42,975 nucleotides of DNA from a virus (Duplodnaviria; Heunggongvirae; Uroviricota; Caudoviricetes): the IMG/VR virus record IMGVR_UViG_2663763400_000010. One strand, given 5' to 3'. Numbering within the stretch: position 1 is the stretch's first letter; every line of letters begins with the position of its first letter. Positions 19,520-30,071 of this stretch are shown one piece after another. The position numbers and the translations under genes are program-made. The notes beneath the pieces were generated by a model. It was not told the origin of the DNA, did no database searches, and saw only the letters and a list, made by a program, of their open reading frames with translations.

Positions 19520-19904
19520 TGTTGCCTCCGTGACTCTGCCTACATTCGCCCAGCTCCGTACACTCCAGCAGCAGAAAGCGCCGCGCCCCGTTCAGATCGC
19601 GCTGACGTTTCACCCGGTACACACTGTCACCGCAGACCACCTCATAATCAGCGGTAATCCCCCGGCGGTAACGAATGGTGATGTAATGGGTGATGGCGTC
19701 CCCGGTCTGCGCGGTTTCCTGCCAGGTGGTGGCACTGGTCTGGATAACCTTCGCCCATGTCCGGAACGTAATCAGGTATTGAGGCTCCACGCCAAAGTTA
19801 TCCGCGGGCATATCCACCCGCAGGCGGATCAGGACGCGTTTATTCAGTTCACCGGGGTCCGGCAGAATGTAGGTTGCGCTGGTCTGCGCCTGACGAATTT
19901 TCAT
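19494..19904 (-). CDS. head closure / head-tail adaptor protein
   Basis: 136 aa; conserved position. Confidence 0.5.
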   Translation of the reverse strand: MKIRQAQTSATYILPDPGELNKRVLIRLRVDMPADNFGVEPQYLITFRTWAKVIQTSATTWQETAQTGDAITHYITIRYRRGITADYEVVCGDSVYRVKRQRDLNGARRFLLLECTELGECRQSHGGNNDDFLFAR

Positions 19905-20224
19905 TGCGGAAAGTACCTGTACGGGCCGACAAGCCAGCCAAAACTCTGCGGCATGTCGAGTTTCTCCACTTCCGTAACCGACGAGCGGTTTTCGTAAAAA
20001 TGGCTGATAAGCATCAGCATCCCCAGACGAATATCATCCGGCAGGTGCAGCCCGTCCGGATCGCTGTCCGGAATGGTTTCATCCGGTGCATAGAGCTTCC
20101 GGTTCAGATACGTTTCCGTCCGCTTTTGTGCCGCACAGGCCAGCAGTTGCAGATGGCGGTCATCAGCATCGAAATCCTCATCCAGCCGGAGTTGGGCTTT
20201 AATCTCTTCCATTGTCAGAAGCAT
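19901..20224 (-). CDS. head-tail connector protein (gp6-like)
   Basis: 107 aa acidic protein directly after the capsid module. Confidence 0.55.
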   Translation of the reverse strand: MLLTMEEIKAQLRLDEDFDADDRHLQLLACAAQKRTETYLNRKLYAPDETIPDSDPDGLHLPDDIRLGMLMLISHFYENRSSVTEVEKLDMPQSFGWLVGPYRYFPQ

Positions 20225-20226
20225 AC

Positions 20227-20427
20227 TCAGCCCTCTTTACTGGTCGTGGCTTTTTTCTCTTTTGCCGCTTTACTGCTTTTTGCACTGATTCCGCGCTCTG
20301 CTAACCCGGCCTGAAGTGCAATCTCCTGCACCCGGGCAGGAAGCGCCCCATCGTCATACTCACCGGCCCGAATGACCTCAACACGCATACCGTCCGGTGA
20401 CCATTTCAGATCTTGTTTCAGGATCAT
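20227..20427 (-). CDS. small head-module protein (66 aa)
   Basis: Compact ORF between capsid and connector genes. Confidence 0.4.
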   Translation of the reverse strand: MILKQDLKWSPDGMRVEVIRAGEYDDGALPARVQEIALQAGLAERGISAKSSKAAKEKKATTSKEG

Positions 20428-20476
20428 GATTCTTCACCCGTCAGAACAGGGGGCGCGGTTCCGCGCCCCTGAGTGA

Positions 20477-21682
20477 TTACGCCGCTGCAATCTTCAGCAG
20501 TTTGATGGCCTGCGAATCGACCAGCATCCCGCCGGTGCGCTTGGTGGTATAAAAACCGACAAACGGTTTATTGGTGTACGGGTCACGCAGAATGCGGGTG
20601 CCGATACGGTCAACGATGGTGTAACCCCGTTTGAAGTTACCAAATGCAATGGCTTTCGCATCAGCGGCGATATCCGGCATCTGTTCGTTTTCAGCGATAC
20701 CGTAACCCGCCAGAGAGGACGGCTGCCCCAGTTCCAGCCCCGGACGCCACAGATAGTTACCCTCGCTGTCTTTAAGCAGACGGATGGCAAACAGGCTGTT
20801 GTTGTTCATCATGAACTTCGCGCCAGTGCGGTGTGCCTTACGCAGCGTGTAAATCAGTTTGATAATGGCGTCTGCGGTCACCGCCGTCGCTTCGCCGGAT
20901 ACAATATGCTGAAGTTTGCCGAACGCCCGGACCTTATCGGTTTCATCAGTGGATTCATACGCCAGGAACCCTTTCGGCTTCTTGGTACCATCGCCGGTGG
21001 TAAAGGCAATTTCTTCCTGTTCGGCAAATTCGGTTGCCAGCTCGCTGTTGATCCATGCTTCCACGTTGAAAAAGGCATCATCCAGCATTTTCTGGGTGGC
21101 CTGCGGGTTACCGTAGATTTCCCCCATGAAAGGTTCAATCAGGCCCAGTTTTGAGGTGGCAGTCTGGGAGCGCGCGTCAGTCTCGCCAACCCATCCGGAA
21201 GCCGTGCCGCCCAGATTCACCAGTTTTTTGTAGTCGGAACCACCAACGGTGATCACCGTGGCTTCCTGGCGCATCACCACTTCATCTTTCAGCAGGGTGA
21301 GAATGTTGCGATCCAGTGCTTCCGGCACGGCATAGCCGCCGTCTTCATCGGTGCCCACCTGCAATGCCTTGCGCTCCAGATCGCGCAGACCATCTTCACG
21401 GCCTTTACGCAGGAAGCCCACAAACGCTTCTTTATGCTCGGTGGCCAGTTTATTTTGCGCACCACCTGCCGGACGTTTCAGCTCAAGCAGCTCTTTTTCA
21501 AGATCGCTTTTGAGGTTTTCCAGCTCGCTGAGTTTCCCGTTCAGGGTTTCCACCTGCCCGGCAAGTTTGCCTTTTTCCTGCTCAATCGCATCCACGCGCT
21601 TGTCGTTCTTTGCTTTGAAGTCGTCAAACTTCTGCTGCAGCTCCTGCGCGACCTGTTCGACATCTTTAATATCAACCGCCAT
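20477..21682 (-). CDS. major capsid protein, HK97 family
   Basis: 401 aa with a coiled-coil N-terminal delta domain followed by a capsid-fold region; follows the prohead protease. Confidence 0.85.
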   Translation of the reverse strand: MAVDIKDVEQVAQELQQKFDDFKAKNDKRVDAIEQEKGKLAGQVETLNGKLSELENLKSDLEKELLELKRPAGGAQNKLATEHKEAFVGFLRKGREDGLRDLERKALQVGTDEDGGYAVPEALDRNILTLLKDEVVMRQEATVITVGGSDYKKLVNLGGTASGWVGETDARSQTATSKLGLIEPFMGEIYGNPQATQKMLDDAFFNVEAWINSELATEFAEQEEIAFTTGDGTKKPKGFLAYESTDETDKVRAFGKLQHIVSGEATAVTADAIIKLIYTLRKAHRTGAKFMMNNNSLFAIRLLKDSEGNYLWRPGLELGQPSSLAGYGIAENEQMPDIAADAKAIAFGNFKRGYTIVDRIGTRILRDPYTNKPFVGFYTTKRTGGMLVDSQAIKLLKIAAA

Positions 21683-21696
21683 CGTATTTCTCCTGA

Positions 21697-22347
21697 TTAG
21701 AAGTTCAGATTTTTCAGTGCATTCAGTGCAGAGCCCACATCCTCAGCGTCGCGCAGGGACAGTGCGCCATAGCCCCCGGCCATGAATGCTTTGGCCTGGG
21801 TACGGGAGAGTCCGACATCACGCAGGACTCTTTCGATTTTTTTCTGTTCGGGGATTTCCCCGCGGGCCAGTGCGTTCTTGACGTCGCTGATCCGCGCCTC
21901 GTCGTTAGACGGGAACGTCACCAGGCTGACTTCCCAGAGGTCGATTTCTTTCAGCAGAAAGGCTTCTTTGCTCCGGTCGTATTCCCAGTCTTTCAGGACG
22001 TACCCAATAGAAAGGCCGGTTAACGAACCGGCCTTCATGTGTGCATGTGCGCGTTTTGCGAGGGGATCATCATCAATAAGCAACCGTCCCCTGACGTAAA
22101 GCCCGACATCGTCTTCCTTCATTTCGGTGTAAACACCGATGGGTTCATCCATGCGGTGCTGCCAGAGCAGCGCAGGTAACGCTTTTCTGTCACTCCACGC
22201 CCGCAGGGAAGCAGCAAATGCCCCGGACATCACCACATCATCGTGGCTGTCCTTTACACCAAAGACGGAGCCATACCCTTCAAACTCACCGGAGTCACTG
22301 ACAGATTTCAGACTCAGCGGTACATCAAGACGTTGTTTCGTCTGCAT
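21697..22347 (-). CDS. prohead protease, HK97 family
   Basis: ATG at 22347 has an AAGGA ribosome-binding site, whereas the ORF track start at 22383 has none; lies between portal and capsid. Confidence 0.8.
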   Translation of the reverse strand: MQTKQRLDVPLSLKSVSDSGEFEGYGSVFGVKDSHDDVVMSGAFAASLRAWSDRKALPALLWQHRMDEPIGVYTEMKEDDVGLYVRGRLLIDDDPLAKRAHAHMKAGSLTGLSIGYVLKDWEYDRSKEAFLLKEIDLWEVSLVTFPSNDEARISDVKNALARGEIPEQKKIERVLRDVGLSRTQAKAFMAGGYGALSLRDAEDVGSALNALKNLNF

Positions 22348-23566
22348 TGGCGTTATCCTTCTGCTTACCGGCTTTACTGCCATCGGAGGGTTTCGTGGTC
22401 ATGTTCATCGGTGTGAGATAGACATCCCCACCGGGACGGGGATTCATATCTTCCAGGTCGCGGCAGTCATTGGGAGAGTAAATTCCCCAGTTAATCCCGG
22501 TGGCGTAGGCTTCAAAACGGGACTTCATATCCCCGCGCAGTAACGCCCCGGCGTTAAATTTGGCGTAATAAACGCCCTGCTTACTTTTTCGAACCAGTCC
22601 GGTGTTGATCCGCTGCTCGATGCGGGTCAGATACGGCACCAGTGAATAGTTGATAAATCCCAGCCCCAGCTCTTCAATATTGTTGAAGGTGGCGCGATCG
22701 GTGTTCTGCACCATGTGCAACGGCACCCGGAACAGACGACAGATTTCTTCAAGCTGAAACTTGCGGGTTTCCAGGAACTGGCTGTCCTCGGCGTTCAGCG
22801 CCATCGACTTCCAGTCCAGCCCCATCTCAAGGATCATCGGGCGGTGAGCATTACCAAGCCCGGTGTGACGCTCCTCAAAATCTTTCTTCAGGCGCTCGTA
22901 AGCCTGATCTGACAGCGTCTGCTCTGTACGCAACACACCCGACGTCACCGCACCATTGCTGAACAGTCTGGCCCCGTGCTCTTCGGTCGCAGCTGCCAGC
23001 GATATTGCCTCGCGGGCATAGGCGATGGGATTCAGCCCCACCAGACCGTCCAGCGTCAGCGTGCGCACATGCCAGATATCTTCCTGGCTCAGCACATCCG
23101 TGGAGCCGTCCGAGAATGTGACCTGATAGACCGGCTCCCAGCTACTGTTAAGCTTCGGTACCACACAGCCAGGATCGACGGGCAGCAGTTCAGCCACTTC
23201 GCCAAATGCTTTCACTTTGTAGGCGTAAAAGTTTCCCCGCAGGCACAGACAGGTGACCACCAGCTCCCAGAACTCCTGCGGCGTCATATAGCCATTGGGA
23301 TGCGTGGAGATCAGCTTATGCAGACGTTCGCCGGTGGCCCTCTGTTTCAGGCTGCCGTTCAGGTGATACAGATTGCAGGGCAACATCCCGACCGACTCTG
23401 CCAGCACCCTGACGCAGGAAAAAACCGCCGTCAGTCGCATGGCCCGCTGGCTGCTGATCTGCTTTCCGGTATAGGTGTCGTATGACAGCCCGATAGCCTC
23501 CGCCAGCTCTGCTGGCGTGGTCACCGGCGCGTCACTTTTTCGTTGAAATAATCCCGAAAAGAACAC
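22325..23566 (-). CDS. portal protein, HK97 family
   Basis: 413 aa immediately downstream of the terminase large subunit. Confidence 0.85.
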   Translation of the reverse strand: MFFSGLFQRKSDAPVTTPAELAEAIGLSYDTYTGKQISSQRAMRLTAVFSCVRVLAESVGMLPCNLYHLNGSLKQRATGERLHKLISTHPNGYMTPQEFWELVVTCLCLRGNFYAYKVKAFGEVAELLPVDPGCVVPKLNSSWEPVYQVTFSDGSTDVLSQEDIWHVRTLTLDGLVGLNPIAYAREAISLAAATEEHGARLFSNGAVTSGVLRTEQTLSDQAYERLKKDFEERHTGLGNAHRPMILEMGLDWKSMALNAEDSQFLETRKFQLEEICRLFRVPLHMVQNTDRATFNNIEELGLGFINYSLVPYLTRIEQRINTGLVRKSKQGVYYAKFNAGALLRGDMKSRFEAYATGINWGIYSPNDCRDLEDMNPRPGGDVYLTPMNMTTKPSDGSKAGKQKDNANADETTS

Positions 23567-23748
23567 TATTTACCTCCGCCGACAGACAGCTGTGTACGAT
23601 CGAGATATCGCGCCACCAGCCACGACCAGAACAGGCACAGCGCCCCGGCAACAACAAAACCCGCCGGGGGATAAATCAGCCAGGCACCATATGCCAGCAA
23701 AAGCGCACCCAGCACGCCCACCAGAGGCGCGAGAATCAGCATGATCAT
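23566..23748 (-). CDS. small membrane protein (60 aa, two hydrophobic helices)
   Basis: Stop overlaps the portal start by 1 nt; between terminase and portal. Confidence 0.35.
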   Translation of the reverse strand: MIMLILAPLVGVLGALLLAYGAWLIYPPAGFVVAGALCLFWSWLVARYLDRTQLSVGGGK

Positions 23749-23759
23749 AATTACCTCAG

Positions 23760-25493
23760 TTAAAGCGAGCGGATCCCGTAGGACTCAATGTGGTCAGACA
23801 GCGTGTCTTCTTTCTCGTACAACATGGCTCTGCCAACCGCCATAATCAGCGCAACTGCACCATCGATTTTGTTTTCCGCCTGCTCTTTGACGGGTTTCAC
23901 CACATCATCGTTACCCGGAATGGTTTTGCCGACCACGTTGCCGATACACCAGGTCATGATGGGATTGCCATCATGATGAAAGCGCCCCGATTCAATTGCC
24001 GCTTCCAGCTCTTTCATCGGGTCGGACATGTTGGTGTAGTTCTGAATGATAGTGATGGGGTTCAGGTCTTCATCAGCAAGGTCATGTGACAACCCGGTCG
24101 CCCCGAAGGGGTCGATGGGTGACTCACTGACCGGGCTGATTTTGTTCGCCGCTTTGGCCTCCTCGAGGATGTAGCGATAATCCACCTCCGCACCATCGGT
24201 AACGGTCAGAACGCCCATTTCCACCCATTTCTGAAAGCGTTCGGCTGTCCGTCGATCTTCATTTTTCTCGACGCTGTACACCGTGTCATACGGTACCCAG
24301 AAACGCGGGGCCACACTGTAGTAATGCGTTTTACCGTCAATCTCGCGGGTATAAAGTCGCGCCATGCTGTTCATATCCAGCTTACGCGCCAGGTCAAAGG
24401 CCAGAATGCACGGCTGCCCCTCGAACTGCTCAAGGGTCAGTGATTTATCCTCGCAGCTCTGCCAGCTCACCAGGTTGAAATACGCCGAACGCGCCGACAC
24501 CCAGATATTGAGGTGTTTTGTTTTAAAGACGTTTGCCAGACGGGCGTTATTTTTCGCACGCTGCTGCTGACTTAACAAAAATTCGCGATAAACCGACACG
24601 CCAATATTTGGATTGGCTTTTTCCAGCACCTGCGGGTCGGTCCAGTCGTCACCTTCATCAACGGTATAGATGATCCCGAACAGTTCATCGTTAGGCACCG
24701 AGCCATTGAGCATCTCGATGACTTCCCGCCGCTTGTCGTAGCACGGCCCCTCAATGTTGTACCCGGCGGTGGTGATAGCCCACATCAGTGGCTGACGTCG
24801 CGCCCCCATCCCGGTAAGCATCGTGGTGTAAAGCGCATCGGTGGCGTGCTCGTGATATTCATCCACCACCGCACAGTGGGGTGATGAACCATCACCGGGG
24901 TTACCGATCAGCGGTTCAAACCGCGCGCCATCCTCCGGACGGTTCATGTTTGAGGCGTTAACCTCAATCCCGAACGCTTCCGTCAGCATGGGTGTGCGTT
25001 TACACATCAGTCGAGCCGGGCGAAAGACTTCCCACGCCTGTTTCTCTGTCGTGGCACCGGAATACACTTCCGCGCCAAACTCGTTATCACAGGCAAAACA
25101 ATACAGGGCAACACCGGCAGAGATTGCCGATTTGCCGTTCTTACGGGGGATTTCGGTATACACCTCCCGGAAGCGGCGCAGCCGGGAGCCTTTATTGACC
25201 CAGCCAAACGCGCAGCAGATCACAAAGAGCTGCCACGGCTCCAGCGTGATGGGCATCCTCTTAAATGCCCACTCACCCTTGGTGTGCGGCAACAGCTGAA
25301 TAAATTTGGCGGCCCGTTCAGCCAGGTCCTTGTCGAAGCGGTAACGAAACGACTTACTTTTTTCCGCCATCAGGTCATCAAGATGGCGCTGGCAGGCCTG
25401 AATCACAAACTGGCAGGCCACAATCTTTCCGCGCACGACATCCCGGGCATACTGATTGGCAGCATTTACGTTGGGGTAAGATTTCCGGCTCAT
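23760..25493 (-). CDS. terminase large subunit
   Basis: 577 aa with ATPase and nuclease regions (...[10 protein letters not shown]...); ATGA overlap with the small subunit. Confidence 0.9.
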   Translation of the reverse strand: MSRKSYPNVNAANQYARDVVRGKIVACQFVIQACQRHLDDLMAEKSKSFRYRFDKDLAERAAKFIQLLPHTKGEWAFKRMPITLEPWQLFVICCAFGWVNKGSRLRRFREVYTEIPRKNGKSAISAGVALYCFACDNEFGAEVYSGATTEKQAWEVFRPARLMCKRTPMLTEAFGIEVNASNMNRPEDGARFEPLIGNPGDGSSPHCAVVDEYHEHATDALYTTMLTGMGARRQPLMWAITTAGYNIEGPCYDKRREVIEMLNGSVPNDELFGIIYTVDEGDDWTDPQVLEKANPNIGVSVYREFLLSQQQRAKNNARLANVFKTKHLNIWVSARSAYFNLVSWQSCEDKSLTLEQFEGQPCILAFDLARKLDMNSMARLYTREIDGKTHYYSVAPRFWVPYDTVYSVEKNEDRRTAERFQKWVEMGVLTVTDGAEVDYRYILEEAKAANKISPVSESPIDPFGATGLSHDLADEDLNPITIIQNYTNMSDPMKELEAAIESGRFHHDGNPIMTWCIGNVVGKTIPGNDDVVKPVKEQAENKIDGAVALIMAVGRAMLYEKEDTLSDHIESYGIRSL

Positions 25494-25993
25494 GATTCGA
25501 TGATTTTCAGAAACGGGTTAGTGGCTTTCTTCTGCCCCGCCAGGCCAATCAGACGCTGACGGCTGCTGGGGTCGAGTCCGAGCATTGCCCCCGTGCTGCT
25601 CATCTCGGACTCCTGTTCTTTTTTGGCTGTCAGCTCCGGATTTTTGACCCTGCCGCCCATTGCGCCGGTGATGGTATTGCCCTGTATGGCAATATTTTTC
25701 ACAGCACGTCGCCAGAACTCATAGGCCACGCACCACCGCTCAAGCACCGCGAGGTCAGTCACGCACAGCAGGCCCTGACCGCAGAGTTCTTTGGTTGTCA
25801 GTTGCCACATGATCGTGGCGAGAGGGAGATCTTCTTCAGCGAACCACTCCGGTGGCTCAACACCTTTGATGGGCGTAAAAACAGGTTCATCTTTGTTCAG
25901 GGCTCGCTTGCCGGGGTTTCCGGCCAGCGCCTTGCGCGCCGTTGGCTTGGGGCGACGCCCGGAACGCCCCGCCGTTCCAGCCATATGCGGCAC
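25490..25993 (-). CDS. terminase small subunit (P27-family-like)
   Basis: 167 aa basic N-terminus ([13 protein letters not shown]), directly upstream of the large subunit. Confidence 0.7.
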   Translation of the reverse strand: MPHMAGTAGRSGRRPKPTARKALAGNPGKRALNKDEPVFTPIKGVEPPEWFAEEDLPLATIMWQLTTKELCGQGLLCVTDLAVLERWCVAYEFWRRAVKNIAIQGNTITGAMGGRVKNPELTAKKEQESEMSSTGAMLGLDPSSRQRLIGLAGQKKATNPFLKIIES

Positions 25994-26109
25994 TCCTGGT
26001 TAAATTTCATTTTTCGCGGGTATAAAAAAACGATGGGGCGGGCAGTCCGGAAGACGTCAGGTCACAGGGATTTGACCCGCCCCTCCCCTCAGAAAGTTGA
26101 GAATTATTA

Positions 26110-26460
26110 TCACTTCAGTCGTTCACGGGCCGTCTTCGCCTTATGACACGGCCAGCACAGGCTCTGCAGATTGCAGTCTGCATCAGTGCCGCCATGCGCT
26201 TTAGGGATGATGTGGTCAACGGTTTTCGCCTCACGCACCACACCGACATGCAGGCACAACTGACACAGGCCTTTGTCACGCTTCAGCACGCGCGCGCGGA
26301 TAACATCCCACTTCGAACCGTAGCCGCGCTGGTGACGGGATTGTCCTGGCTTGTATTGTTTCCAGCCTTCGCTTTTGTGGCTTTCACAATAGCCTGACGG
26401 ATCAGTGGTGGTTTGGCGGCAGCCGCGAACGCGGCAGGCTTTTGGGGTTCGTGGGGGCAT
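26110..26460 (-). CDS. HNH endonuclease (packaging-associated)
   Basis: C-x2-C ... VDHIIPKAHGGTDADCNLQSLCWPCHKAK: HNH motif; sits upstream of the terminase genes as in HK97-type cos phages. Confidence 0.8.
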   Translation of the reverse strand: MPPRTPKACRVRGCRQTTTDPSGYCESHKSEGWKQYKPGQSRHQRGYGSKWDVIRARVLKRDKGLCQLCLHVGVVREAKTVDHIIPKAHGGTDADCNLQSLCWPCHKAKTARERLK

Positions 26461-26562
26461 TTAAAGTGGGATCTAACTCTAATAATTTAAAAAATTTAAT
26501 TGGGTCTTGATATTAATCACATAGACTCAATGCTCTTTAGTTCTTACATAGGTGGTTGTATT

Positions 26563-26730
26563 ATGAGTATCCCCAGTTTAGATGTTCATAAAGTTGTTAA
26601 GTGCGCAGAGCATAAAAAGGCTTTAGATGCAATATCTCTCAAACTTAAGAATAACATTATTGACTCAAGCTCTGAATACGATTTTCTTGGCGACACAATA
26701 ATTTTCAATAAAGATAAAAAAATAGGTTAA
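26563..26730 (+). CDS. hypothetical small protein (AT-rich moron)
   Basis: ORF from the ATG for MSIPSLDV...; very low GC; no recognisable motif. Confidence 0.3.
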   Translation: MSIPSLDVHKVVKCAEHKKALDAISLKLKNNIIDSSSEYDFLGDTIIFNKDKKIG

Positions 26731-27108
26731 CCCTCAAACTTTCAACATATGAACTAGAACTTATTTTCAAAGAAACACTGCTAGTCATTGATGAAGCTCC
26801 TGTATTGAAGTTTGCTGCCATTGACCCAACCGATGAAAATAACAACGAGCTGATTGATTTATTTTTATCCAAAGGTGGATTTATTTATATTAGAGAATAC
26901 AAATCCGAGCCACATTATGAGTATGGCGACACTTCTCTATTTTTACATATACTTGACGCTACTCTTAAAGAGCTTAAATCTGCAAACAAAATATCCTATT
27001 AAATAAATTTTTGCTAACATAGCCCCGCGCCATGACAAGATTTTCTGTTCTAGATGCAAGGGCTATGTGTGAATATCTATAAACAAAAACCCCATCCGGT
27101 GATTTTTG

Positions 27109-27360
27109 TCATTTTTTAGCCATCTCAATTGCGGCATCAAAAAGTCGTTCAAGAATAAAATCAGGGTACTGTAATTTTTCTTGCTCGATATGAAGCTCAT
27201 AAATTTTCCCTTCCCACTCCCATTTAAAATTAAATCCAGAAGCAGAAGGTGCGAAATGTGTTTTAGCTTTAGGGTTAGCGTAACCAGCAACAGTCAACAC
27301 ATCAAACTTAAAATCTTGAGGTTTAATACGCATAATCATATCCTTTGCCAAGTTCATCAT
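27109..27360 (-). CDS. hypothetical small protein (AT-rich moron)
   Basis: 83 aa; low GC; sits between the spanin gene and the packaging region. Confidence 0.4.
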   Translation of the reverse strand: MMNLAKDMIMRIKPQDFKFDVLTVAGYANPKAKTHFAPSASGFNFKWEWEGKIYELHIEQEKLQYPDFILERLFDAAIEMAKK

Positions 27361-27430
27361 TATTCTTCGCGATTATAAAACAATGAATAAAATCATTAAA
27401 GCATAGACGTTAAATATCCTCAAAATGTGA

Positions 27431-27868
27431 TTAGTTGGGACATTGCGTCCTGATATACTCCTGCAAGTAATTGACCTGTGAGGTTATCTTGTCGATTCCA
27501 CTTCGGAGACGGTAATAATGGAGTTCAGCATCTGCTGTAAGTCTAGGGCTTTCTCCATCGCCCATGCCGCTGGCTCCGGTCGTTGACTTTGTACAGGTGG
27601 CGGCGACTTGCAGGCGCTTATGCCCAGCAGAAACATCAGCACGAAGACTTTCGATAGTCGCATTAGCATCAGCAAGCTCCTTTGTATATCTGGCATCGAG
27701 TTCAGCTACATTACGTTGACGCTTCTGCATATCAGCGATGATGGATGTGGCTTTATCGCGCTGTACTTTGTAGACGATGGCGTCATCACGGTAATTATCA
27801 ACAGCCCATGACAAGCAGACGATGATGCAGATAACCAGAGCGGATATAATCACCGTTACTCTGCTCAT
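27431..27868 (-). CDS. i-spanin (Rz-like)
   Basis: N-terminal membrane anchor [17 protein letters not shown] then coiled-coil; directly after the endolysin gene. Confidence 0.75.
   Translation of the reverse strand: MSRVTVIISALVICIIVCLSWAVDNYRDDAIVYKVQRDKATSIIADMQKRQRNVAELDARYTKELADANATIESLRADVSAGHKRLQVAATCTKSTTGASGMGDGESPRLTADAELHYYRLRSGIDKITSQVNYLQEYIRTQCPN
27484..27669 (-). CDS. o-spanin lipoprotein (Rz1-like) embedded in the +1 frame of Rz
   Basis: Signal peptide with lipobox LLGISAC followed by a Pro-rich stretch ([16 protein letters not shown]); fully nested in the spanin gene. Confidence 0.6.
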   Translation of the reverse strand: MLMRLSKVFVLMFLLGISACKSPPPVQSQRPEPAAWAMEKALDLQQMLNSIITVSEVESTR

Positions 27869-28341
27869 ACCTGAATCTCTTTGACCGTTCCGCCGGCTTC
27901 TTTGAATTTTGCAATCAGGCTGTCAGCCTTATGCTCAAACTGACCATAACCAGCTCCCGGCAGTGAAGCCCAGATATTGCTGCAACGGTCGATAGCCTGA
28001 CGAATATCACCGCGATCAATCATCGGTAAAGCACCACGCTCTTTAATCTGCTGCAGTGCAACAGCATCCTGGCTTTTTGGAGAGAAGTCTTTCAGTCCAA
28101 GCTGTTTACGGTATGCATCCCACCAGCGGGAAAGAAGCTGGTAGCGCCCGGCAGCCGTTGATTTGAGTTTTGGGTTTAGCGTGACAAGTCTGCGAGGGTG
28201 ATCGGAGTAATCAGTGAATATTTCTCCGCCCACAATGACGTCATAACCATGATTACGTGTCGGTTGTAGCCCATTATCCGTTCCTTCTGACCAGGCCACC
28301 ATATCGAGGAAAGCTTTACGCTGAGGATTAAGATTTTGCAT
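27865..28341 (-). CDS. endolysin, lambda R-like lytic transglycosylase
   Basis: [20 protein letters not shown]...[10 protein letters not shown]...DYSDHPR is near-identical to recalled lambda R. Confidence 0.9.
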   Translation of the reverse strand: MQNLNPQRKAFLDMVAWSEGTDNGLQPTRNHGYDVIVGGEIFTDYSDHPRRLVTLNPKLKSTAAGRYQLLSRWWDAYRKQLGLKDFSPKSQDAVALQQIKERGALPMIDRGDIRQAIDRCSNIWASLPGAGYGQFEHKADSLIAKFKEAGGTVKEIQV

Positions 28342-28633
28342 TTTTCACCCCTGTCAGTCGTTCCCAGAAGTACGTCAGTGCAACCGAACCCATCGCACCA
28401 CTAATCCCCGCAGTTGCGAGAATCATGTAAATACTGAATCCACTTTCGATACTGATTAGGCCACCAATAACACCGGTGAATCCTGATACAACTATCTGAG
28501 CGAGGGCATTTATCCAGCTCCACGTTGCTTTACTCTGCTTCACATCAATCAGGTAACGGACAAGCCCCCCCCAACCTGCGATGATCAGCAAAACAAGCCA
28601 GAACGCTCCGGCAAGATTCTCTTTTTCGTGCAT
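28328..28633 (-). CDS. holin
   Basis: About 100 aa with hydrophobic helices, immediately upstream of the endolysin; ATG at 28633 preferred over the long ORF-track extension. Confidence 0.6.
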   Translation of the reverse strand: MHEKENLAGAFWLVLLIIAGWGGLVRYLIDVKQSKATWSWINALAQIVVSGFTGVIGGLISIESGFSIYMILATAGISGAMGSVALTYFWERLTGVKNAKS

Positions 28634-28784
28634 ATGAATAGCCGCAGTTTCGCCTCCGACAGAAAATCGGAGCGTGAAATGATATGTTGATTTATTATTA
28701 ATTCGAAAATTACATTCTAATTCATCAGGCATTGATGATTTTATAATAATAAAGGCCGTTCGTTACGGCCTTTATTATTGATAT

Positions 28785-29120
28785 TTATTTTACATCCCAA
28801 GGTAGTTCCTCAAGAGAGAAGACTAATTCATTATCAATAATTTCGTATTCTGCATAACCTTCAACCTCTCCTGAGAAGTTATTGTCAACGCATCCTTCAT
28901 AATAGCTATATGGTGCTATAAAGTGAAACCCATATTCATCTATCTCTGTGATTTCAAAATTGTAGTAATCGTAAGAATATCGAATATCATCATCAGAAAT
29001 AGAACTAAGTACATAGTTATTAAATTTATCGGAATGCTTAACGATAAGTTCTGACAACGCGTCAAGATTCTCTGGAGAGATATTTCCTAACGGTAATCTG
29101 TACTCAACGGCATTAATCAT
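28785..29120 (-). CDS. acidic hypothetical protein (moron between Q and holin)
   Basis: 111 aa, very low GC, Asp/Glu/Tyr-rich; lies directly downstream of a tR-prime-like terminator. Confidence 0.5.
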   Translation of the reverse strand: MINAVEYRLPLGNISPENLDALSELIVKHSDKFNNYVLSSISDDDIRYSYDYYNFEITEIDEYGFHFIAPYSYYEGCVDNNFSGEVEGYAEYEIIDNELVFSLEELPWDVK

Positions 29121-29172
29121 ACAACCTCCTTTTTAACTGATATGAGGTTATATAATGTGTTTCAGTACAAGT

Positions 29173-29200
29173 AAATAAAAACCCGCTCAACAGCGGGTTC
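29173..29200 (-). terminator. tR-prime-like intrinsic terminator downstream of the Q gene
   Basis: Minus strand reads CCCGCTGTTGAGCGGG followed by TTTTTATTT; location matches the lambdoid late-terminator position. Confidence 0.5.
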
Positions 29201-29305
29201 GTGAAAATTATCAACGGCAGACATACAAAGCCCATCGTTGAGAAAATCTTATCCATATTTTTTGAAAAATGCAAGCTTCATGTCACTATCTTCGGCGAAA
29301 ATCAC

Positions 29306-30058
29306 TTATCTCGTCACCTTTCTCAATTGTGTTTCAGCATATGCTTCTTCCTGCCAGCACTTTGTTACTAGTTTATCAATTACGTCTGCATATCCTTTGT
29401 ACCACTGATAATCAGTCAGGTCTGGAACCAGCTTCTGGACATGACGTCGTGCCAGTGTAGTCGGTAAACGGCTAAACCGGTTTCCATTGCAACGCCCACA
29501 AGTCTTATAAACAGGCGTGCCATGAAGCCGGGTTCTTTTTTCATCCAGGACAATACCTTTACCCTTACACCCTCTGCACGCCGTGCTGACTTCTCCCTTG
29601 CCATGACAATGCTGACACAGTTCCTTCACCCACTCTTCTTTGATAACGGATTCCCCGCTTCTGGAATGTTTCACCACTTCGCGCAATACATTATGAAATC
29701 CAGTACCAGTACAATGCTCACAGCGAGCCTTACTTGCCGCAGACCTGGAATAATCAGCAAAGGCAAAATTCACAAGGTAAGGGATGATCTGTAACCGGGT
29801 TTCTTCACTCAATTTGTTCAATGTCGGGTTATCCAGTGCCATCGCGTAATTGAGCAGGCCTTCAATCGCAAACTGAGGATCCTGAACACCAACTTTTGCC
29901 AGGAATAAGGCAAACCCAAGCGGTGCTTTCGACTGCACCATCCCCTGCGCAGCCATTACATCCGTAATTGTTAAACCACCCGAGCCTGTCGCCGATGCGT
30001 CATCGCTCAATTTTGGAGATTTTGGGGAGTAATATTTCGGTAAGGCTTCAAGGTTCAT
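29306..30058 (-). CDS. antitermination protein Q-like
   Basis: Several CxxC zinc-finger pairs (CEHCTGTG, CQHCHGKG, CRGCKGKG, CGRCNG); directly upstream of the lysis cassette. ATG at 30058 has a GGAG ribosome-binding site. Confidence 0.65.
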   Translation of the reverse strand: MNLEALPKYYSPKSPKLSDDASATGSGGLTITDVMAAQGMVQSKAPLGFALFLAKVGVQDPQFAIEGLLNYAMALDNPTLNKLSEETRLQIIPYLVNFAFADYSRSAASKARCEHCTGTGFHNVLREVVKHSRSGESVIKEEWVKELCQHCHGKGEVSTACRGCKGKGIVLDEKRTRLHGTPVYKTCGRCNGNRFSRLPTTLARRHVQKLVPDLTDYQWYKGYADVIDKLVTKCWQEEAYAETQLRKVTR

Positions 30059-30071
30059 GCTCGTTCTCCAC

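Noticed and set aside
21316-22099. Ser/Pro/Cys-rich plus-strand ORFs opposite the capsid and protease genes (21351-21785, 21434-21700, 21782-22099)
   Set aside because: Low-complexity translations of the antisense strand of strongly supported capsid and protease genes.
26805-27002. 65-aa plus-strand ORF in the AT-rich island
   Set aside because: Begins at a TTG with no upstream in-frame ATG and no ribosome-binding site; kept only as a remark in the findings.
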